Below, piece by piece: positions 10,028-17,986 of a DNA stretch of 64,000 bases (within the stretch, counting starts at the first letter, position 1; each line of letters opens with the position of its first letter). The notes under the pieces were generated by a model. It was not told where the DNA came from. It made no database searches and worked only from the letters and a program-made list of their open reading frames with translations. The DNA is from Thermodesulfobacteriota bacterium (GTDB lineage: Bacteria > Desulfobacterota_D > UBA1144 > Nemesobacterales > Nemesobacteraceae), in assembly GCA_965202785.1 (NCBI GenBank), contig OZ241855.1, forward strand, positions 384,001 through 448,000, given 5' to 3'. Made by a program: the position numbers and the translations under genes.

Positions 10028-10435
10028 TTAAGTACTTTTGATCCAATTATCCACACTTAAACCCCTAACCCGCTCAAACTCACTCAGGTTATTCGTAACA
10101 AGCGTTAATCCTTGACTTCTTGCATGCCCCGCAATGTGCAGATCATTTACTCCGATAGAAACACCTTGACGCTCCAAGTCGGCACGTATTTCTCCGTAAT
10201 GAGCTGCCGCCTCTGATCCATATTCAAGAACCGCTAGCAGGGAAACAAATTCTTCAACCTGCCTCCGGTTATGCTCCGGTTTTGAACTTTTTTCAACGCC
10301 ATGCAGTAATTCAGCCAAGGTGATCGAACTTATGCACATTCGTGAAGCATAACGGTTAAAAGTATCCAATACCTCGACCGGGCGACGATTAATAACATAG
10401 ATTACAATGTTGGTATCCAACATGTATTTCAGCAT
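10028..10435 (-). CDS. vapC: Type II toxin, PIN-domain ribonuclease VapC
   Basis: YMLDTNIVIY, ITLAEL.HG, IGVNDLHIAGHARS.GL.LVTNN..EF.RV.GL...NW. Confidence 0.95.
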   Translation of the reverse strand: MLKYMLDTNIVIYVINRRPVEVLDTFNRYASRMCISSITLAELLHGVEKSSKPEHNRRQVEEFVSLLAVLEYGSEAAAHYGEIRADLERQGVSIGVNDLHIAGHARSQGLTLVTNNLSEFERVRGLSVDNWIKST

Positions 10436-10674
10436 TATTCAAAAGGTTCCCTTTCCGGTTGTTCCTGGTCAGCACGCTCAGTCATGAAATCGTCAGTTAC
10501 GCGTTCCTCGGATAAGAAGAACATATCCCAAGCATGGTCAACAGGCGAAAGTATGCGGTCATGACCAACGACCCTCACAATGACCTCCTTGACATCGTCT
10601 GGAAAGCGCGTTCCGGCAGGAAGCCTAACGGCTTGAGTTCGATTGTTCTTAAAGACTGACCCTTTAGCAGGCAT
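10435..10674 (-). CDS. vapB: Type II antitoxin VapB (AbrB/SpoVT fold)
   Basis: VFKNNRTQAVRLP, acidic C-terminus (DDFMTERADQ); stop overlaps vapC start. Confidence 0.93.
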   Translation of the reverse strand: MPAKGSVFKNNRTQAVRLPAGTRFPDDVKEVIVRVVGHDRILSPVDHAWDMFFLSEERVTDDFMTERADQEQPEREPFE

Positions 10675-10694
10675 GATAAGACCTCCCCAAAATT

Positions 10695-10746
10695 TGCTAT
10701 ATACACATTATATATAGTCTAAAATATATTGCAAGCGTATATAGCA
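10695..10746 (-). promoter_or_regulatory. vapBC promoter with palindromic operators
   Basis: Minus-strand TTGCAA...TATAAT and SD GGAGGT; inverted repeats TGCTATATAC(10695)/GTATATAGCA(10737) and CTATATA-N7-TATATAG(10697-10717). Confidence 0.7.
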
Positions 10747-10763
10747 TAGGTTTTCAACATAAT

Positions 10764-11783
10764 TTAGGGAGTTATCATGATTTTAAGACTTTTTTCAGGA
10801 TTCTCGGCAAGGGTGAAGCCTTTCTGGATATCCTCCAAAGAGAACCTGTGGGTAATCATCTTTCCCACGTCAACAGAACTTTTTTCTATTAGAGAAAGAG
10901 CGTCTTCAAGATCCCCGGGAGCCGCCGCGTAGGAACTTACGACCCGCACTCCCGACCACCAGTATTCGTTAAAAGGAAATTCAAGGGTGAATTCCGGGTC
11001 GGAAGGAGCGAAAAAAAGGATCTTGCCCGACGGAGAGACAAGCTCGAAAGCGCTTTTTATCGCGGCCCGCGCCCCAGTGCAAACTATCACCATGTCCGAG
11101 AGATACCCCGAGTTGTTCTCTCTCACGAGCGAAGCGATATCGTCATCGGGGCTAAAAGCGCAAGTGGCCCCGAACTCCATGGCCTTACGGAGCTTGAATT
11201 CGTTTGAATCGGTCGCGAAAACCGGTCCCGCGCCGAGATGAAAAACGTACTGAAGGCACAAAAGCCCCGCAGTGCCGCTTCCAAGAATTGTTACGCTGTC
11301 TCCACGCTCAAGCCCCGCGGCCCGAACCGCCCTTGTAACGCACCCCAGGGGTTCCGTGAACGACCCTTCCTCAAAGGAAACGTTATCCGGCAGATGAAAA
11401 ACGCCCCGCTCCACGTTCGGCGACGCCACGCACACGTACTCCGAGAAACCGCCTGGGTTAAACCCCGATTCCCTTATCATGGGACAGTTGGTGTGCCTGT
11501 CGCTAAGGCAGTAACGGCACTCGTTGCAAGGAACGTGATGGGTGGCCACGACCCTGTCGCCCACTTGGAATCGGTTCACCCCCGGACCCGTTTCGACCAC
11601 CTCTCCCGCCACCTCATGGCCCAGCACCAAGGGGGCTTTCGGCACCCTGTACCACTCCATAAGATCGCTTCCGCAGAGTCCGCTCGCCCTGATCCTGATC
11701 AGTATTTCTCCCTCGCCCGGCTCGGGACGGGGAAATTCCTCAATTCTTACGTCGCTGTTTGTGTGGTAGACTGCGGCAAGCAT
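10764..11783 (-). CDS. Zinc-dependent medium-chain alcohol/polyol dehydrogenase
   Basis: GLCGSD, GHE.AG, structural Zn motif C..C..C......C, EPLGC, G.G..G. Confidence 0.88.
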   Translation of the reverse strand: MLAAVYHTNSDVRIEEFPRPEPGEGEILIRIRASGLCGSDLMEWYRVPKAPLVLGHEVAGEVVETGPGVNRFQVGDRVVATHHVPCNECRYCLSDRHTNCPMIRESGFNPGGFSEYVCVASPNVERGVFHLPDNVSFEEGSFTEPLGCVTRAVRAAGLERGDSVTILGSGTAGLLCLQYVFHLGAGPVFATDSNEFKLRKAMEFGATCAFSPDDDIASLVRENNSGYLSDMVIVCTGARAAIKSAFELVSPSGKILFFAPSDPEFTLEFPFNEYWWSGVRVVSSYAAAPGDLEDALSLIEKSSVDVGKMITHRFSLEDIQKGFTLAENPEKSLKIMITP

Positions 11784-11784
11784 G

Positions 11785-12582
11785 TCAGGAACTTTCTTCT
11801 TTTAGTTCCGTGAAGAGCTCGTGGGCTTGCTTCGGGGTCATGTTCTCGTGAACGATCCCGCGGATAGCTCTTATGATCGCCACGGGGTTATCGCGCTGCC
11901 AGATGTTTCTTCCCATGTCCACTCCCGCGGCGCCACGGGATATGGCCTCGTGAGTCATGTTGAAAACGTCCATCTCGGTGTCAAGCTTGGGACCGCCCGC
12001 GATCACTATGGGAACGGGGCAGCTGGTGGTGACTTTCTCGAAATCCTCGCAGTAATAGGTCTTAACAATACGCGCCCCGAGTTCAGCGCATATCCTGCAG
12101 CAGAGCGCAAGGTACCTTGAATCCCTTTTTTCAAGCTCCTTTCCGACGGCCGTTATCCCGAGAACCGGAATACCGTACTTCTCTCCCTGGTTCACAAGCT
12201 CTGAGAGTCCCAAAAGGGTCTGTCTCTCAAATTCGGTCCCGACAAAAACAGAAAGCCCTACCCCAACCACGTTAAGCCTTATCGCCTCCTCGAAATCCAC
12301 GGTAATTCCCTCGTCCTCAAGGTGCGGGCCCGCTATGCTCGTTCCCCCCGAGACCCTGAGCACCACGTTGGCTCCCGAGCCGGGGTCGACCGAGGTCCTG
12401 AGTACTCCTCTTGTGAGCATTATGGTGTCCGCGTAGGGAAGAAGAGGGGTTATGGTTTCTTCAGGTACCTCGAGACGGTGAGTGGGACCGAGGAAGTAGC
12501 CGTGGTCAAGGGCGAGCATGACCGCCCTTCCGGTATCTGGCCTTATAATGCGGGCCATCCTGTTTTTCATGCCCCAATCCAT
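11785..12582 (-). CDS. lsrF: LsrF-like class I aldolase/thiolase (DeoC/FbaB/LsrF family)
   Basis: MDWGMKNR.ARI, LALDHGYFLGPT, Schiff-base Lys in VKTYY, IAGGPK, GVDMGRNIWQ. Confidence 0.8.
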   Translation of the reverse strand: MDWGMKNRMARIIRPDTGRAVMLALDHGYFLGPTHRLEVPEETITPLLPYADTIMLTRGVLRTSVDPGSGANVVLRVSGGTSIAGPHLEDEGITVDFEEAIRLNVVGVGLSVFVGTEFERQTLLGLSELVNQGEKYGIPVLGITAVGKELEKRDSRYLALCCRICAELGARIVKTYYCEDFEKVTTSCPVPIVIAGGPKLDTEMDVFNMTHEAISRGAAGVDMGRNIWQRDNPVAIIRAIRGIVHENMTPKQAHELFTELKEESS

Positions 12583-12860
12583 CAGAACACGTATCCTCCA
12601 ATTGCCGTTTCGCTAAACTCTAGAGCAATACCCGCCCCATGTCAAACTCCCGATGAGCCTCAAAATACACGGGCCGGGATATCTTCGCGAAGACCGTTGG
12701 CTTCGAAACACGCCGCAGAAAAATTTTTCCGTGCCCTCAAGTGTAATTCGCTGTGACCTGATATATAATTGTCTCAACTTTATGTCCTAGGAACCCGAAC
12801 AATTTGCAAGGTGGTTGTTACCGAATAATTCTTTTTTGCACGGATTAAACAGAGGGAAAA

Positions 12861-14021
12861 ATGACTGAAAAAACCTTAAGAAGAGACTCAAGCGCAATCC
12901 CGCTCCTCCTGATTTTTCCATTGGTCTTGCTTCTGTCTTTCGCAGTTTTCTCCTGTGGAGATGAAAACGGTTCCAGAAATGAAAATGCTCCCAGAGTTGG
13001 CATCATCTATGACACCGTGGGCAAAGGCGACGGGTCATTCAATGATTCCGCCTATAATGGCATCATAAGAGCCCAAGAGGAGCTCGGAGCGGTGGTAAGC
13101 GAGGAAACTACTGACGGAACGGAAACAAACCGTGAGGAACTGATTCATGCTCTGGCCGAGGACAATGATCTTGTAATAGTGGTTGGATTTTCATTTGAGA
13201 ATTCAATAAAAAAAGTCGCAGCCGCCAATCCTGACACCAATTTCGCAGGTATAGACATTCTGCAAAGAGAAAACGCGCCGGCGAATTTCGCAAGCTTGGT
13301 CTTCAACGAGGCCGAAGGGTCTTTTCTGGTAGGGGTCGCAGCCGCCCTTAAAAGCGAAACCGGCAAGGTAGGTTTCATCGGAGGAGTGTGCGGAACCCCG
13401 GACAGACTCATTGAAAAGTTCGAGGCCGGATTCGTCTCAGGCGTTTTAGCCATGGTAAAAGGAATCAACAGGAACATGGACGTCGAAACAGCCTACCTCT
13501 CCCAGTTCTCCGATCCGCAGAATCCTGACGGGCCACCCGACATAAGCGGCTTCTTTAACCCGGAGGGAGCCAAGGAAGCGGCGGAAGGGATGTTCAGCGA
13601 CGGTTCGGATATCGTTTTTCACGCCGCAGGGGGCTCTGGAGCGGGGCTTTTCGAGGCTGCCAAGGAGTTCAGCGAGCAGGAAGGCAATTCCAAAGTCTGG
13701 GCCATAGGAGTCGACTCGGATCAGTACGGAACCAGCGATGAATCCGTGCGGGAATACATACTGACCTCGATGCTTAAAAGAGTAGACACGGCTGTTTACA
13801 ACATAATCAAGGCCCAAAGGGACGGCGAATTCTCAGGCGGGACCGTAAGCCACGACCTCGCAAACGACGGAGTGGGCTACGCCACGTCGGGAGGATTCGT
13901 AGATGACATCAGGGAACTGATCGAAGGCCCAAAAGCCTTCATAGTCCGCAACCTGTTTGATGTCCCCACCGTTCCCGTCAAAGGCTGCCGGGAACCGCAG
14001 ACCTACAACCTCAGGTATTAG
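12861..14021 (+). CDS. BMP family ABC substrate-binding lipoprotein (nucleoside/purine-type)
   Basis: Lipobox VFSC; GKGDGSFNDSAYNG, F...EGSFLVG.AAAL, GFIGG, DIVFHAAGGSG.G.F, AIGVDSDQ, LTSMLKRVD. Confidence 0.88.
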   Translation: MTEKTLRRDSSAIPLLLIFPLVLLLSFAVFSCGDENGSRNENAPRVGIIYDTVGKGDGSFNDSAYNGIIRAQEELGAVVSEETTDGTETNREELIHALAEDNDLVIVVGFSFENSIKKVAAANPDTNFAGIDILQRENAPANFASLVFNEAEGSFLVGVAAALKSETGKVGFIGGVCGTPDRLIEKFEAGFVSGVLAMVKGINRNMDVETAYLSQFSDPQNPDGPPDISGFFNPEGAKEAAEGMFSDGSDIVFHAAGGSGAGLFEAAKEFSEQEGNSKVWAIGVDSDQYGTSDESVREYILTSMLKRVDTAVYNIIKAQRDGEFSGGTVSHDLANDGVGYATSGGFVDDIRELIEGPKAFIVRNLFDVPTVPVKGCREPQTYNLRY

Positions 14022-15201
14022 AGTTGCTCGCAAGCGAACTTACCGCCCTGAACCCCTCAAGCGCCCGCGATATGTGGTCTTCCGTGTGAGTCGCCATAAG
14101 CGACGCCCTTATCCTGCATTTTCCGGCGGGAACGGAAGGAGGCCTTACGGCTGGAGTGTAAATTCCCCGCTTGCGAAGCGCCGAGGCCAGCTCAAGGGTA
14201 GCTTCCGGCTCCCCGGTCAATACGGGCACGATCGCGCTCTGGGAAGGAAGCACGCTAAATCCCATGTCGCAAAGACCCGTTTTGAACTTATCTACAAGAT
14301 CCATGAGATGCTTTCTTCTTTGCGGTTCATTCTCGATAATGCTTATCGCCTCGATTGAAGCGGCCAGGGAGGCCGCGGGAAGGGCAGTATCGAAAATGTA
14401 GCTTCTCACACTGTTTCGTATGAAGTCAACGAGGCTTCGGCTGCCGGCAACGTATCCCCCCAGAGACCCAACGGCTTTTGACAGAGTACCCATGACCACG
14501 GGAACCCTGTCCTCGACCCCGAAATGCTCGGTGGCTCCACTGCCCTTCTTCCCAAGAACTCCCATGGCGTGGGCTTCGTCCACCATGAGCATGCAGCCGT
14601 GGCGCTCGGAGATCGAGCAGATCTCCCCGAGGTCCGTGAGGTCCCCGTCCATGCTGAACACCGTGTCTGTGACTATGAGTTTCTTTCCATCGCCTCGGTT
14701 TTGGGAAACCATGCGCCGAAGGCTACCCGTATCAAGATGGGGATACACCTCTACTCTCGCCCGGGAGAGCCTGCAGCCGTCTATTATGGAGGCGTGGTTA
14801 AGCTCGTCGCTGAACACCGTGTCCCCTTCCCCGACAAGTGCGGCAATCGTTCCCACGTTCGCGAGATAGCCGCTTGAGAAAAGAATCGCGTCCTCGGTCG
14901 ATTTGAACTCCGCTATTCTCCTCTCAAGCTCGGCGTGAAGGTCGGAGCTTCCACTGACCAGCCTTGATCCTCCGGAACCCGTACCGTACTTGGCAAGAGC
15001 CGCTGCGGCTGCCTCCACAACCCTCGGGTCGGTTGAAAGACCCAGATAGTTGTTGGAAGCAAGAAGTATGTGCTTTTTCCCGCCGATCAGTATCTCGGGG
15101 GACTGCCCCGAGGCGATCTCCGTAAGCGTCCTGAAAAGATTCTTCCCCCGTATGGCCCTTAATTCATCTTCTATCCACTCAAGAGAATCAGGAGCTTCCA
15201 T
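14011..15201 (-). CDS. bioF: 8-amino-7-oxononanoate synthase
   Basis: SNNYLGL, GSGGSRLVSG, SGYLAN, DELNHASIIDG, FSMDGD, DEAH, GTLSKA (PLP Lys), VRPPSVP; neighbours bioA and bioB. Confidence 0.92.
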   Translation of the reverse strand: MEAPDSLEWIEDELRAIRGKNLFRTLTEIASGQSPEILIGGKKHILLASNNYLGLSTDPRVVEAAAAALAKYGTGSGGSRLVSGSSDLHAELERRIAEFKSTEDAILFSSGYLANVGTIAALVGEGDTVFSDELNHASIIDGCRLSRARVEVYPHLDTGSLRRMVSQNRGDGKKLIVTDTVFSMDGDLTDLGEICSISERHGCMLMVDEAHAMGVLGKKGSGATEHFGVEDRVPVVMGTLSKAVGSLGGYVAGSRSLVDFIRNSVRSYIFDTALPAASLAASIEAISIIENEPQRRKHLMDLVDKFKTGLCDMGFSVLPSQSAIVPVLTGEPEATLELASALRKRGIYTPAVRPPSVPAGKCRIRASLMATHTEDHISRALEGFRAVSSLASNSNT

Positions 15202-15206
15202 GCGGA

Positions 15207-16565
15207 CTATCCCTCTTCGGTTACCTTTTTTATCGAGAGATAAGTCGCTCGCACAAGCTTTGCAAGGTCATCCATCTCGATTCCCACTGGGGGCATGAGC
15301 ACTACCACGTCCCCTAGCGGTCTTATGAGAACCTCGTGCGAGAGTGCCTCCTCGGCAACCTGCCACCCCATTTTCTCCGCCGCCTCGTAGGGCTTTTTCG
15401 TCTCCTTGTCGCTCACGAGCTCGATTCCGACCATAAGCCCCTTGTTTCTCACGTCTCCGACGTGGGAGAGACCCTCGAATTCGCGGAGCTCGTTCTCTAG
15501 GAACTCCGTCTTCTCGGAAAGTGAGGAAAGGGTGTCGTTATTTCTAAAAGCTTCGAGATTCCCCATGGCGGCCGCACACGAAAGAGGATTTCCAGAGTAG
15601 CTGTGGCCGTGAAAGAAGGTCTTGAACTCCTCATAGTCACCTAGGAACTCCTCGTATATCTCATCGGTCGTTATCGTCGCCGAAAGCGGAAGGTATCCAC
15701 CGGTCATTCCCTTTCCAAGAACTATCATGTCGGGCGTCACGCCGTCGTGTTCGCACGCGAACATTTTGCCCGTTCTTCCGAAGCCCGTAGCCACCTCGTC
15801 AACTATCATAAGTACGTCATAGCGAGTGCAGTACTCCCTCACTTTCGCGAGATAGCCGTCTGGAGCCACCACCATTCCCCCCGCGGCCTGAACGCAGGGC
15901 TCAAGTATGACTGCAGCTATCTCATTGCAGTGCTCCCTCAGTATCTCCCCCATCTCATCCGCGCACGCAATTCCGCATCCGGGCCAAGTTTTCTCGAGCG
16001 GGCATCTGTAGCAGTAATAGGAAGGAGCCCTGTAGGTTTTAAACAGAAGAGAGGAGAAAGCCTTGTGAAAAATGTCGATCCCGCCGACCGAAACGGCCCC
16101 CAGAGTATCGCCGTGATAGCCATTATCAAGGCAGAGAAACGCCTTTTTCTCCGGCCTTCCTCTGTGGGACCAGTACTGAAATGCCATCTTGAGCGCAACC
16201 TCGACGGCGCTTGCCCCGTCGCCCGAGTAAAACACTTTCTTAAGTCCCGGAGGACATATTTCCACAAGCTCTTTTGCAAGCTCGGCGGCTGGAGGATTGG
16301 TTATGCCTAGGAGGGTGCTGTGGCTCACCAGATCAAGCTGTCTTTTTATGGCCCCGTCAATCTCGGGCACCGCATGGCCGTGGATGTTGACCCACAGTGA
16401 TGAGACGCCGTCTATGTATTTTTTTCCCTCAGAATCTATAAGGTACGAGCCCTCCGCGCGCTCGATCACTATGGGATCCTTGCGCACGTAATCCTTCATC
16501 TGGGTAAACGGGTGCCAGACAAATTCCCTGTCGTAGGACCCTATCTGTTTTGATCTGTCGCTCAT
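15207..16565 (-). CDS. bioA: Adenosylmethionine-8-amino-7-oxononanoate aminotransferase
   Basis: WHPFTQM, DGVSSLWVNIHGH, VEVALKMA.QY, YHGDT.GA.SV, DEVATGFGRTG, GKGMTGGYLPL, HGHSYSGNP. Confidence 0.95.
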   Translation of the reverse strand: MSDRSKQIGSYDREFVWHPFTQMKDYVRKDPIVIERAEGSYLIDSEGKKYIDGVSSLWVNIHGHAVPEIDGAIKRQLDLVSHSTLLGITNPPAAELAKELVEICPPGLKKVFYSGDGASAVEVALKMAFQYWSHRGRPEKKAFLCLDNGYHGDTLGAVSVGGIDIFHKAFSSLLFKTYRAPSYYCYRCPLEKTWPGCGIACADEMGEILREHCNEIAAVILEPCVQAAGGMVVAPDGYLAKVREYCTRYDVLMIVDEVATGFGRTGKMFACEHDGVTPDMIVLGKGMTGGYLPLSATITTDEIYEEFLGDYEEFKTFFHGHSYSGNPLSCAAAMGNLEAFRNNDTLSSLSEKTEFLENELREFEGLSHVGDVRNKGLMVGIELVSDKETKKPYEAAEKMGWQVAEEALSHEVLIRPLGDVVVLMPPVGIEMDDLAKLVRATYLSIKKVTEEG

Positions 16566-16630
16566 CTCGATCCGTAAGGAGCAAAGGATACCCTAAGCGA
16601 AAAGAATATCATGAAAACACCGCGGCGGGA

Positions 16631-17620
16631 CTAGTTGAGAATTTCTTTCCTGACTGGCATCTGCAGGTCGTCAAGCATCCTGAGATCATCGCGCGGCGAG
16701 CGCCCGGGGGTAGTAAGGTAGTTGCCGAGGATCATGGCGTTTGCCCCGGCCACAAGACCCATCGCCTGGAGGTCGCGAAGCGTCACTTCTCTTCCTCCTG
16801 CAGTCATTATTATCTTGTCCGGAAGGACGAGCCTGTAAATCGAAATGGTTCTTACGGCTTCAAGCGGCTGTATGGTCTCAAGATTCTCAAACGGAGTTCC
16901 AGGTCTCGGGTCAAGGAAGTTTATCGGAACCCAGGTGGGATTAAGATCCCTTATCTCGAAAGCAAACTCCATTCTCTGACGTGTGCTCTCTCCCATGCCG
17001 AGTATGCCGCCCGAGCAGAGATTCATGCCGGTTTCCTTTACCAGAAGGGCAGTCTTCAGCCTGTCGTCGTAGCTGTGGGTTGTGCATATACTGGGAAAAT
17101 GGCTTCTGCAGGTCTCGATATTGTGGTTGTATCTCCACACCCCGTGATCCCTGAGCTCGTAGGCCTGTTCCCTTGTTAGATCCCCAAGCGAACAGCCGAC
17201 CTTGAGATTAGTTTCCGCGCAGAGAAGGTCTACGGCCTCGAGAACTTTCTTGAATATCCTCGGCGTCGGGCCCTTGGCACTTATGACTATGCAGAAATCC
17301 ATGGCGCCCATCTTCTCCGCATGCCTAGCAGCTCCGAGTATTCTCTCCGCAGCCATAAGCGGATGAGCCTCGACCTCGGTATCGAAATGGGCCGACTGGG
17401 AGCAGAAGGAACAATCTTCGGGACAGTTTCCCGTCTGGGCGCTTATTATGGAGCGCAAAAACACCCCATCGCCCTTGTACTTAAGGGTTACCTTCCTAGC
17501 AAGCGATATGAGGTCAGAAAGCCGTTCCCCGGAAAGCTCGGTAAGCGCGAGAGCGTCTTCAAAGGTTATCTCCTCTTCTTTTTCAAGAAGTTTCTCGGAA
17601 ACTACGTCAAGAATGTCTAT
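16631..17620 (-). CDS. bioB: Biotin synthase (radical SAM); the open frame extends upstream to 17842 but the probable start is near 17620
   Basis: CPEDCSFCSQS, YNHNIET, CSGGILGMGE, VPINFL.PRPGTP, AGGRE, GNYLTT.G. Confidence 0.93.
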   Translation of the reverse strand: MDILDVVSEKLLEKEEEITFEDALALTELSGERLSDLISLARKVTLKYKGDGVFLRSIISAQTGNCPEDCSFCSQSAHFDTEVEAHPLMAAERILGAARHAEKMGAMDFCIVISAKGPTPRIFKKVLEAVDLLCAETNLKVGCSLGDLTREQAYELRDHGVWRYNHNIETCRSHFPSICTTHSYDDRLKTALLVKETGMNLCSGGILGMGESTRQRMEFAFEIRDLNPTWVPINFLDPRPGTPFENLETIQPLEAVRTISIYRLVLPDKIIMTAGGREVTLRDLQAMGLVAGANAMILGNYLTTPGRSPRDDLRMLDDLQMPVRKEILN

Positions 17621-17722
17621 TTCTGGTTGCCTCTTAGTCCTAAGTCTAGGGAAATCTAGGTTACAGAAATGGGCAAGGTTGTCAAACCAAGTCGCTCCCG
17701 GGGCGGGAATCTCAATGTCCGT

Positions 17723-17842
17723 ATCCCATGGATCAAGAACCTCTAAACCCAATTTTCTCACGAGAGACAGAATCCGCTCACCGCAAAAATCCCGGCAAGC
17801 TTCCGAAAATACCAGCGAAGCGGTCATATGGATTTTCTTCAT
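17723..17842 (-). pseudogene. Decayed N-terminal fragment of a nucleoside 2-deoxyribosyltransferase-like gene, in frame with bioB
   Basis: MKKIHMTASLVFSEACRDFCGERILSLVRKLGLEVLDPW resembles the NDT N-terminus (KIY.A.P.FSEA.R.F...l...l...G.EV.DPW); similarity stops after about 40 aa. Confidence 0.5.
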
Positions 17843-17986
17843 GTTAGGACTTACCGGTTCGTATCCCCCTGAAATTGTTTGATAATCTCCCTTGCAATCC
17901 GAACTTCATCTGTGGTTTAATGCTAGGAAGAATCGATTTGTACATCATGGTATCAGTACAGTGAAAATACGGGAGGTAATATCAGG

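Noticed and set aside
17655-17690. BirA operator upstream of bioB
   Set aside because: Half-site-like words (GGTTTGACA, TGTAACC) are in the reverse order of the TGTAAACC-N-GGTTTACA palindrome and are better explained as -35/-10 boxes
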